Below, in pieces: positions 1-8,370 of a stretch of DNA of 56,260 nucleotides. How positions within the stretch are numbered: the stretch's first letter is position 1; each line of letters starts with the position of its first letter. Location: positions 1 to 56,260 of the forward strand of contig PCYF01000001.1 in the NCBI GenBank assembly GCA_002762915.1, read 5' to 3'. Both the position numbers and the translations under genes were made by a program. The notes below the pieces were generated by a model. That model made no database searches, was not told where the DNA came from, and worked only from the letters and a program-made list of their open reading frames with translations. The DNA is from Candidatus Woesearchaeota archaeon CG10_big_fil_rev_8_21_14_0_10_32_9. Its GTDB lineage: Archaea; Nanobdellota; Nanobdellia; Woesearchaeales; 21-14-0-10-32-9.

Positions 1-61
1 TAAACAAATCAAAATAAAAATACCCTTTACAAATAAGTGAGCGCTAAAAAAGAGGAACCGT

Positions 62-493
62 ATGCATCACGTAGCAATTTTTAAAAAATCTTGGAAATTG
101 ATTGATAAAATTTTAAACGGAACAAAAGTAATAGAATCCAGATGGAGTGTTAACAAAATTGCACCCTGGGATTCTGTTAGAAAGGGAGATTTAATTTTTT
201 TAAAAAATTCAGGAGATAAAGTTCGTGCAGTTGTGGAGGTTGATCTCGTTGTACAATTTTCAAATTTAAATAAAAATAATGTAAAAGAAATTCTGATAGA
301 CAATTATCAAAAGATAGGAATTGAACCAGACAAATTTTCTTTTTTCCTGAAAAACTTTGAAAATAAAAAAAATTGTATTCTTATTTATTTAAAAAATGCA
401 AAAAAGATTGAACCTTTTAAAATAAAAAAAGATGGTTTTGGCAACATGGCTTCTTGGATGATTGTAAAAGACGTAAACTCGGTTAAGATTTAG
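62..493 (+). CDS. ASCH (PUA-like) domain protein
   Basis: ILNGTKVIESRWS...PWDSVRKGDLIFLK fits the ASCH GxKxxExR signature. Confidence 0.75.
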   Translation: MHHVAIFKKSWKLIDKILNGTKVIESRWSVNKIAPWDSVRKGDLIFLKNSGDKVRAVVEVDLVVQFSNLNKNNVKEILIDNYQKIGIEPDKFSFFLKNFENKKNCILIYLKNAKKIEPFKIKKDGFGNMASWMIVKDVNSVKI

Positions 494-1892
494 GCTTCTC
501 TTCTTGTTTCTGTTTTTTTAATTCGCGATATTTACGTCTCATTTCTAGTTGCTCGGGAGTTAGTTTTTTTCTTTCTTTTTTTTCAGCAACTTTAGTTAAT
601 TCTTGTTTTAACTTCGAGTATTGTAAAGGATTTTTTATTTTTTGACAAAAATTGTCTGGATTACAAACACCCAGATCTTGATAATAACTTTTACAATTGT
701 GCGGAGGTATTACTTCTTTTGTTTTTCTAGCTTGTCTGAGTTGTCCTTTCAAATATACCTCTCTTAGTGGTTCAGGATTTTTTTTATTCCATTCGTATAT
801 TTTTTCATCAATTGCATCAAGACTCCATCCTGCGCCTTTCAAGAAATTAATAAGTGTGAATAGAACTCGCTTTTTTCCATCCTCTAAACCTAATAATGTC
901 ATTTTTATACACGGAGGAAATAATTCTTCTTCTATTGCTTCTTCTGGCAATGTGAATTCTTTTTGCACTCTTTTCTCGGTCTCTCCGACGGGCCTGAAGT
1001 CAAATGCATTTATAATTAATTGTTGCGCTTCTCCTTGTTTTGATTTTGTTCTATCTAAAAAAGAAATATCAAATACAACATTTTCTGGTTTCGCTTGTTC
1101 TTTTCTGAATTGTAATATTTTATCTATTTCAACGGGCACACTAATAAGTAAAGATTTTTCGTGGAAAGAATAAGGCATTCTGTATAAATGTCTTGGCGCA
1201 ATAAGAATTGTATCTATTTCTAAAAACGCAGACACATCTAAAAGTTTTTTCGATTCCATTAAAAGCGCTGAATCTTTTGTATTCATTTGTTTTACGAGTT
1301 TTGAGAAAGGCAATTCTGTTCTTTTTTGTACGTTTTCTATGTTATTTTTTTCTATTGTTAAAATTGCTTCGCCCAACGGCTCTAGTAATTTATCTTTAAG
1401 ATATGCTGCAATTCTTCTTGGTGCATCTGGAAATAATTCTTTGGTCGGCTTTCCATTTACAGTTTCCGGAAATGATTCAAAAGGTACCGCCAGATGAAAC
1501 CCTTTATTTCCTGAAAATTTGCAAGTTATGTTTTCTATTCCTGTTTCTTTTAAAATTTTTACAAGTATGTGCGCCGCAAGTTTACTGTATATAAAGTGAT
1601 GACAATCTATATCAAGAATTAAATCCCATCCTTTTCTTAACTCATCGATTTCTTGTTTTTTCATATCGGATCTGAGCGCTAGAGGATTTGTCCATAGTTC
1701 TTCTGAACAATGAAAACTTGTTGCTTTCTTTTTTGCTAGTTCTAAAACATCTGAATCATAAAGCAATACATCTGGACGTTTTCCAAAATAATCTGCATAT
1801 CTTATTGCTACTTCTTTGTCCCTTGATTGTTCAACTAATGCTTGTCTGACCTCTTGACGTTTGTAAAAAGAAAGTGTTTTTGCGAATAACAT
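483..1892 (-). CDS. Fused DNA primase (PriS catalytic domain + PriL Fe-S C-terminal domain)
   Basis: AEP motifs WDLILDID, FSGNKGFH and RMPYS in the N-terminal part; PriL-type FPPCI and PPHNC...CNPDNFC cysteines in the C-terminal part. Confidence 0.9.
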   Translation of the reverse strand: MLFAKTLSFYKRQEVRQALVEQSRDKEVAIRYADYFGKRPDVLLYDSDVLELAKKKATSFHCSEELWTNPLALRSDMKKQEIDELRKGWDLILDIDCHHFIYSKLAAHILVKILKETGIENITCKFSGNKGFHLAVPFESFPETVNGKPTKELFPDAPRRIAAYLKDKLLEPLGEAILTIEKNNIENVQKRTELPFSKLVKQMNTKDSALLMESKKLLDVSAFLEIDTILIAPRHLYRMPYSFHEKSLLISVPVEIDKILQFRKEQAKPENVVFDISFLDRTKSKQGEAQQLIINAFDFRPVGETEKRVQKEFTLPEEAIEEELFPPCIKMTLLGLEDGKKRVLFTLINFLKGAGWSLDAIDEKIYEWNKKNPEPLREVYLKGQLRQARKTKEVIPPHNCKSYYQDLGVCNPDNFCQKIKNPLQYSKLKQELTKVAEKKERKKLTPEQLEMRRKYRELKKQKQEEKPKS

Positions 1893-2014
1893 GATTGTTA
1901 GAAGTTGTTGTTTTTTTTATATTTTGCTTTGTTGGATCATAAAACCTCATTAAACTGTCTAAGCACTGGTCACACGAAGAAGATTTTTAAAAACGTACGC
2001 ATTATCTATACAGC

Positions 2015-4222
2015 ATGGATCCTGAGTTTAAGCTGAGACTATATCAAGAAACCATTCTGAATACGGCAGCAAGCAGTAATTGCCTTGTTGTTTTGCCAAC
2101 AGGTCTTGGAAAAACCGCGATTGCAGCAGCATTAATCAAGAATCGTTTACAAAACTATATAGGCTCCAAAGTTATTTTTTTAGCGCCCACAAAACCTTTA
2201 GCGCAACAACACGAGAAAACTCTTAAGTTATTTTTAGAAGAAAACACAATTTTGTTTACTGGATCTGTTTCGCCAGAAAAAAGAAAAAAGATGTGGCTAG
2301 AAAACACAGTAATTATTAGCACGCCTCAAGGATTAGAAAATGATGTTATAAGTAGGCGAATTAATCTTGAGGATGTTTCTCTTATTGTTTTTGATGAAGC
2401 GCACAGAGCAACAGGCGATTATGCATATACTTTTTTGGCAAAAAAATATTTAGAAATAGGAAAACACGTTAGAATTCTCGCGCTTACTGCAAGTCCCGGA
2501 TCAAACAAAGAAAAAATTATGGAAATTTGTTCCAATCTCGGAATCGAAGAAATAGAATATAGAACAAGTGAAGATTTCGATGTCAAGCCTTATGTTCAAG
2601 ATATGGATATAGAATATGTTCAGTTAGAGTTACCTGATGAATTAAAAAAGGTTAAAGAATATTTGGATAGAAGTTATACTTCAAAACTTATTGAAGCGGA
2701 AAAATTTGGATATCTTCCAAGTAATTCTGGAAGTCTCAACAAAACAGCAATATTATCTTTAATTTCTGCGCTGCATGGAAAAATTGCTGGCGGAGAAAAA
2801 GAGTTTGATCTTCTTAAAACGGTCAGCTTACTTGCTGAAGCTCTTAAAGTTCAGCACGCATTAGAATTAGTTGAAACACAAGGAATTCATGCATTGAGTG
2901 AGTATTTTGAGCAATTAGAAAAACAAGCATTGTCAAGCAATGTTAAAGCTGTTAAGAATTTAGTTAGAGATATAAATTTTAGATCGGCATTAGTTTTATC
3001 AAGAAAGTTGAACGAAGAAAATATAACTCATCCTAAAATAGAATACTTGAAAGAATTATTAAAATCTGAGGTGGACTTTAATACTAAATCTAAGATTATT
3101 ATTTTTACACAATTTAGAGACAGTGCAAAAAAAATAAAAAAGATTCTTGGAGAAATAGAAATTTCATCCGAACTCTTTGTTGGACAATCTAAGAAAAAAG
3201 ACACAGGATTATCTCAGAAAGAGCAGAAACAAATGATAGAAGATTTCGAGAACGAAAAATTTTCTTGTTTAATTGCAACATCTGTTGGAGAAGAAGGTTT
3301 GGATATTCCTGAAGTTGATTTAGTTATTTTTTATGAGCCGGTTCCTTCCGCTATTCGTACAGTTCAAAGACGAGGAAGAACTGGCAGACAAAAAAAAGGA
3401 AGAGTCATAACTTTACTTACAAAAAACACGCGAGATGAAGGTTATAGGTGGGCTGCGCATCACAAAGAAAAAAGAATGTATTCGGTTTTAAAAGATATTA
3501 AAAAGAATTATGAATCAAAAAATACAAAAAAACAAATTACTTTGAATGATTATTCTGAGATTCCGACAAAAGAGGAAAATTGTATCATAAAAGTTGATTA
3601 TAGAGAAAAAGGATCTTTTGTTATGAAAGAACTTCTTAATATGAATGTCAAATTAGATTTGGTTAGTCTTGAAATAGGAGATTATCAATTAAGCGAACAC
3701 GTAGTTGTTGAATTCAAAACTGTTAAAGATTTTGTTGACTCAATAATTGATGGAAGATTATTGTCTCAAGCAAGAGAGTTAAAAAAATATTATCAGCCTC
3801 TAATAATTATAGAAGGAGATGAAGATATTTATGCTCAAAGAAGAATTCATCCTAATGCAATTAGAGGCATGATTGCCGCATTAATTATTAATCTTAGAAT
3901 TCCTGTTTTGTATACAAAAAATCCTAAAGATACTGCGGCATTATTAAAATTGATTGCAGAACGAGAACAAAAATCTGAAAAACCAGATTATCAAATGCAT
4001 TCAGTTAAACCTTTCTCTGACAATGAGCTTTTAGAGTATGTTGTTTCTAGTTTTCCAGGTATTGGAAGCAAACTTGCAAAACCTTTATTAAAAAAATTTG
4101 GATCAATAAAAAAACTTGTCAATTCTTCTGAAGAGGAATTAAAAGAAGTTGATTTAATTGGAGAAATTAAAGCAAAAAAACTTAAAGAACTGTTTGACAA
4201 AGAATATTATGAAAAGTCTTAA
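2015..4222 (+). CDS. hef: Hef helicase/nuclease (FANCM-like SF2 helicase + ERCC4 nuclease + HhH)
   Basis: PTGLGKT, DEAH, LTASPG and QRRGRTGR helicase motifs; VDYRE...GDY...EFKT ERCC4 motif; C-terminal PGIG HhH. Confidence 0.93.
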   Translation: MDPEFKLRLYQETILNTAASSNCLVVLPTGLGKTAIAAALIKNRLQNYIGSKVIFLAPTKPLAQQHEKTLKLFLEENTILFTGSVSPEKRKKMWLENTVIISTPQGLENDVISRRINLEDVSLIVFDEAHRATGDYAYTFLAKKYLEIGKHVRILALTASPGSNKEKIMEICSNLGIEEIEYRTSEDFDVKPYVQDMDIEYVQLELPDELKKVKEYLDRSYTSKLIEAEKFGYLPSNSGSLNKTAILSLISALHGKIAGGEKEFDLLKTVSLLAEALKVQHALELVETQGIHALSEYFEQLEKQALSSNVKAVKNLVRDINFRSALVLSRKLNEENITHPKIEYLKELLKSEVDFNTKSKIIIFTQFRDSAKKIKKILGEIEISSELFVGQSKKKDTGLSQKEQKQMIEDFENEKFSCLIATSVGEEGLDIPEVDLVIFYEPVPSAIRTVQRRGRTGRQKKGRVITLLTKNTRDEGYRWAAHHKEKRMYSVLKDIKKNYESKNTKKQITLNDYSEIPTKEENCIIKVDYREKGSFVMKELLNMNVKLDLVSLEIGDYQLSEHVVVEFKTVKDFVDSIIDGRLLSQARELKKYYQPLIIIEGDEDIYAQRRIHPNAIRGMIAALIINLRIPVLYTKNPKDTAALLKLIAEREQKSEKPDYQMHSVKPFSDNELLEYVVSSFPGIGSKLAKPLLKKFGSIKKLVNSSEEELKEVDLIGEIKAKKLKELFDKEYYEKS

Positions 4223-4263
4223 TTCTTAAGAATTCTTTAAAATAAAGATGTACAACAAACAAA

Positions 4264-6282
4264 TTAAATTTTACTTATGAAACCATGTCGCGGGCTAAAC
4301 AAATCTCCAGATCGTTTTAATTTTTCAATTACTTCTTGAGTTTTGTCTGCAGAAATGTCTTTTATTTCAGCTTCTCGTATAATATCATCAATTGGAATAA
4401 CTTTGCCTATGGCTTTTTCTAATTCAGAAATTATCTCTTTTATTAAGCCTATATTTCCTCTAGATGATGCAGTTATCCCTGTTGTTATTCTGTCAATATC
4501 AAATTTGCCTGTTTCTGTATCTAATCCAATTAAAGTTAAACAATGATGTAACAAATCTATTGCACGTTGAGAATCTTTTTTTGTAACTGTTGAAGATAAT
4601 CTTGTTCTCGCTGACGCTTCTGCAAGTCTCACCAATCCCTCTAATTGTCTAGCGCTTATAGGTATGCTTTGAACTTTCTCCTCAGAATTTCCTGAATTTC
4701 TCATACTAACAAAATAATTTTTTATTTCATTTAATGCTGGTTCTGTGAGTCTTGGAAAGGAAACTTGTTTTGCATATGCAACATATCTTTTAATCATGTC
4801 TGTGTCTACTTTTTGTTTTGGAATTTCTGCTTCCTTATGTAATTTTAATATGAATGATGCCAATCTTTCGTCTTTTTCTAAATTAGGCAAATCTTTAACT
4901 GGAAATATTAAATCAAATCTGTTAATAAGAGTGGATGGAAGTTCTATTTGTTTTGCAAGAATTTCATACGGATCAAATCTTCCGAATTTTGGATTGGCTG
5001 CCGCAAGAACTGTTGTTTCTGATCTCAATGTTGCTTGAATATTTGCTTTACTTATTGTTACAGTCTGCTGTTCTAAAGCTTCGTGCATCGCAGAAGTATC
5101 TTCTTTTGACATCTTATCTAACTCATCAATACATACAAGGCCTTTATTTGCTAAAACTAAAGCTCCGGCTTCTAATGCCCATCCTTTCAAGAATTCGTCT
5201 TTTACAACTGATGCTGTTAATCCTGCACCTGATGCTCCTTTTCCAGAAACGAATCTTGACTTAGGTGCAACTATAGACATCCTCTTTAGTAATTGGGATT
5301 TTCCTGATCCGGGATCTCCGACAAGTAAAATATGAATATCTCCTCTTCTTTGTACGCCATCATCTTGTTTTTTTCTACATCCGCCAAATAATTGCAAAAC
5401 AAGCGCTTCTTTAATTCTATCGTGACCATAAATTGTCGGAGCAATAGATTCAATTATTTTTTCATAAACTAATGGATCTTTTGATAATTGTAAAATTTCT
5501 GCTTTTTGTTCGGGAGAAATTGTCAACGACGTGAATTCTTCTTGAACCGGTTCAACGTGGTTTGCTTCTATCATTAAATCAAATCTTGTTGATTTTCCGC
5601 CAGTCGCTAAAATGATTGGAATTTCTTTTAGGGTTCCTACAACAATAATTTTACTTCCGGGATTTGTTTTTTTGTCAGACATCGGACTTACTAAATCATT
5701 TTTTAGAAAGATGTTAATTCTTTTTGGCTGTTCTCCGCCATCTAAATCTTCCGGAGCTTCTTCTAAAACTATTTTTTGTGCATCTACAAGTTCTTTACTA
5801 ACAAGATTAAATTTTCCTTTTCTTCCACAACTACAAGAAGATGGTTCTTTAAATTTTGTGTCAACTTGCAATATCGCCATTTGATTTCCACAACTAGGAC
5901 ATTCAAATTTCGCACTTGTTACTTGAGGACGTACATCGCTTTTCTGTCTTACTATTCCTACGAATTGAAAAAATTTGTCAATATTTTTACTTCTTATCTC
6001 GCTAACTAAAATTTTTGAAGATTCTGGAAGCTCTCTAAATCTGACTTTTATTCTTACATCTTCAACACCTAAATCAAATCTAGAAATTGCATACTCTGCA
6101 GCTTTTATAGAATCTTCTGGATTTTCTAATAAATCTTCAGCAAGAGAAAGATCAAATTTTGCCAATTCAGGAAATTCTATTATTAGAGATTCCTCTCCTT
6201 TCGAAGCTTTTCTTAAAAGATCTTTATGATGTGTAACCTCGAGGAATTCTTGATATTTGTTTATTTGTTCTTGTGCATCCAT
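4264..6282 (-). CDS. mcm: Replicative helicase MCM
   Basis: CPSC/CSC zinc finger, GDPGSGKSQ Walker A, IDELDKM, AAANPKFGRFD, NRFD arginine finger; no intein. Confidence 0.97.
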   Translation of the reverse strand: MDAQEQINKYQEFLEVTHHKDLLRKASKGEESLIIEFPELAKFDLSLAEDLLENPEDSIKAAEYAISRFDLGVEDVRIKVRFRELPESSKILVSEIRSKNIDKFFQFVGIVRQKSDVRPQVTSAKFECPSCGNQMAILQVDTKFKEPSSCSCGRKGKFNLVSKELVDAQKIVLEEAPEDLDGGEQPKRINIFLKNDLVSPMSDKKTNPGSKIIVVGTLKEIPIILATGGKSTRFDLMIEANHVEPVQEEFTSLTISPEQKAEILQLSKDPLVYEKIIESIAPTIYGHDRIKEALVLQLFGGCRKKQDDGVQRRGDIHILLVGDPGSGKSQLLKRMSIVAPKSRFVSGKGASGAGLTASVVKDEFLKGWALEAGALVLANKGLVCIDELDKMSKEDTSAMHEALEQQTVTISKANIQATLRSETTVLAAANPKFGRFDPYEILAKQIELPSTLINRFDLIFPVKDLPNLEKDERLASFILKLHKEAEIPKQKVDTDMIKRYVAYAKQVSFPRLTEPALNEIKNYFVSMRNSGNSEEKVQSIPISARQLEGLVRLAEASARTRLSSTVTKKDSQRAIDLLHHCLTLIGLDTETGKFDIDRITTGITASSRGNIGLIKEIISELEKAIGKVIPIDDIIREAEIKDISADKTQEVIEKLKRSGDLFSPRHGFISKI

Positions 6283-6340
6283 TTTTTCATCTTGAAAAAT
6301 AAATTAGTTTAGGTATTAAATAAATAAAAAAGAATGTTGT

Positions 6341-6925
6341 TTATTTTTTTAACTTTTTCAAGTTAACTAACAACATATCTACGGCCTTGTGCACCATTTC
6401 TTCAGATTTTGTTCCTGTACATACTATTTTTCCGTTGCTAAATAGTAAGAAAGTTGCTTTCGCTTCCATCAATTTGTAAACTAAACCCGGAAACTGTTCT
6501 GGTTCATATTCTGTGTTATCAAGTTTCATTGCTAAAGTATTAAGATTTAGGTCCATACCTATACTTCCACTTGCAACTATGTTTTGCACATTGATTTTTG
6601 GCTTAATTTTAATTTTAATACCTATCTTTTCTAGGCTTTCTATTATTTTCTTTATACTTTCATCTACTTTTTCAAGACTTCTTGCACCAGTACAAACTAT
6701 ATTTCCTGAGCTGAATATTAAAGCAGATGTTTTAGGATCTTTTATTCTTATTACTAAACCAGGAAACTGTTCTGGATTATATTCTGTGTTGCTTAATGTT
6801 GCGGCCATTTTTTCCAAAGGAATATCCTGCCCCAGACTTGCAGAAACAACTATATTGACCACAGTTATGTTTTGATGTGGATCAAATTCTTCTTTTGTTT
6901 TTTTGGGCTCTGTTTGTTTTGCCAT
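6341..6925 (-). CDS. tbp: TATA-box-binding protein
   Basis: Two repeats of NIVxS...EYxPEQFPGLV...FSxGxIVCTG. Confidence 0.97.
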   Translation of the reverse strand: MAKQTEPKKTKEEFDPHQNITVVNIVVSASLGQDIPLEKMAATLSNTEYNPEQFPGLVIRIKDPKTSALIFSSGNIVCTGARSLEKVDESIKKIIESLEKIGIKIKIKPKINVQNIVASGSIGMDLNLNTLAMKLDNTEYEPEQFPGLVYKLMEAKATFLLFSNGKIVCTGTKSEEMVHKAVDMLLVNLKKLKK

Positions 6926-6953
6926 TTTCTCTAACCCCCTAACCTACTTAAAG

Positions 6954-6990
6954 GCATTTATAAAGGATGTGAGCGCTCATTTATAAATGC
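6954..6990. promoter_or_regulatory. Palindromic tbp promoter/operator with two TTTATAAA boxes
   Basis: GCATTTATAAA-GGATG-TGAGCGCTCA-TTTATAAATGC, about 30-65 bp upstream of the tbp start. Confidence 0.55.
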
Positions 6991-7039
6991 TTTTATCTTT
7001 AAATAGAATGTTTCAAATCCCCTCATTTGAGGAGTTATA

Positions 7040-7061
7040 CCTCCTTTGTTTCCTATGGAAC
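7040..7061 (-). promoter_or_regulatory. ORB-like Orc1/Cdc6 binding site (satellite copy 1)
   Basis: Minus strand reads GTTCCATAGGAAACAAAGGAGG, matching the ORB consensus TTCCAnnnGAAAC followed by a G-string. Confidence 0.7.
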
Positions 7062-7126
7062 TTCTTAAATTTGAGGCTTATCGACGTAAAAATTCATCAA
7101 AAGAATGTACCAGTATACAAAACACA

Positions 7127-7146
7127 CCCCTTTGTTTCCTGTGGAG
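7127..7146 (-). promoter_or_regulatory. ORB-like Orc1/Cdc6 binding site (satellite copy 2)
   Basis: Minus strand reads CTCCACAGGAAACAAAGGGG. Confidence 0.7.
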
Positions 7147-7269
7147 ATGGAAAGTTAGAGAAAAAAATAGCAAACAGTCTGAAATTAGTAAATTTACAAG
7201 AATTAAAGCACATAAGCAAAAAAAACGGACATTATAAAAACGTAAAAATAAAAAAATAAAAAATTTTGT

Positions 7270-7626
7270 TTAAAGCACAAATCCTAGTGTTTCGGCATGT
7301 TCATAATATCCTTTTCTTCCTAGATCGAAATCAAAATATTGCATAAATTCTTGCATAACGATTTTGTCCACTTTTAGGGATCTCAGCCAATTAAAGATGT
7401 GTTCTGTGTAGCAATAGATGCAGACATTCATTCTTGCTCTAGTAATGATACATACGTCGTCTGAGTCATTACAGGGCATAAATACCTTGGACTCTTCTTC
7501 CAGCAATTCTATTAATTCTGGTCTCGTTTCAACTAGCCAGGTCTTCATTTGAGACTCTAGGCGTTCTGGGCAGATAGGATTTGTTATCTGCTGCTCACAC
7601 AAAACACATGCGCCCATTTTCACCAC
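7270..7626 (-). CDS. Cys-rich hypothetical protein (putative Zn-binding)
   Basis: CVLC...ITNPIC...CIIT...CIYC; strong SD (GGAGGTG) at the start. Confidence 0.7.
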   Translation of the reverse strand: MVKMGACVLCEQQITNPICPERLESQMKTWLVETRPELIELLEEESKVFMPCNDSDDVCIITRARMNVCIYCYTEHIFNWLRSLKVDKIVMQEFMQYFDFDLGRKGYYEHAETLGFVL

Positions 7627-7927
7627 CTCCGGGTTCTTCGTGTTTATTTTTCCAGAGGCATTACAATCTACAATCTATTCCCGAATTAATAACTTATAGA
7701 ATTTTTCTTGTGCGTTACAAATCCGGGTTTCGAAAAGTGGACTTATAACACCCAAGGTTTAATCTTGTCTTCAAATATTCTCAGCACTAGATTGAAGGAT
7801 GAATTACAATTCATATAATGCAAACTAGTGGAATATTCCATTTTACATTTATTGACGTAACACAATTATTTAAATATTTCGTAAGTCTACCCAAAGAGTT
7901 ATAAAAAGAAACAAATTCTTTTTTATT

Positions 7928-8335
7928 ATGAATTATGAAGACATGCTCAAATCTGCAAGAGAAAAACTTCCTGAGCCAGTTAAAGGAACAGAAAGATTTG
8001 AGATTCCTAACGTTAGAGGACAAATTGAAGGAAATAAAACAATAATTAGCAATTTTAATCAAATTGCAGATGTTCTTGGAAGAAAACCTCAGCACCTTTT
8101 GAAGTTTGTTCAAAGAGAATTGGCAACTCCTGGAGAATCAAGAAAACAAGCAGTTCTTTTTGGATCTAAAATTCCTGCAAGTAAAATAAATGAAAAAATC
8201 AAGGCTTATGCTGAAGAATTTGTATTTTGTAAAGAGTGCGGCAAACCTGATACTAAAATGGTTAAAGAAGGCGATGTTTACTATATTAAATGCCAAGTTT
8301 GTGGTGCAAGACATAGTTTTTATTCTAAAATATAA
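7928..8335 (+). CDS. eif2b: Translation initiation factor aIF-2 beta
   Basis: ERFEIP, GNKTII, RELAT, CKECGKPDT...CQVCGA zinc ribbon. Confidence 0.95.
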   Translation: MNYEDMLKSAREKLPEPVKGTERFEIPNVRGQIEGNKTIISNFNQIADVLGRKPQHLLKFVQRELATPGESRKQAVLFGSKIPASKINEKIKAYAEEFVFCKECGKPDTKMVKEGDVYYIKCQVCGARHSFYSKI

Positions 8336-8370
8336 TTATTCAAAGATCTAATACTTTGTTTAAAATGACC

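Noticed and set aside
7040..7146. Repeat pair as a CRISPR mini-array
   Set aside because: Only two copies, spacing too long, no cas genes; the ORB consensus explains them better
6987..7259. Two short plus-strand ORFs
   Set aside because: No recognisable protein features; they cover the ORB-containing intergenic region
7829..7840. Palindrome TGGAATATTCCA upstream of aIF-2beta
   Set aside because: Single short AT-rich palindrome with no second copy noticed
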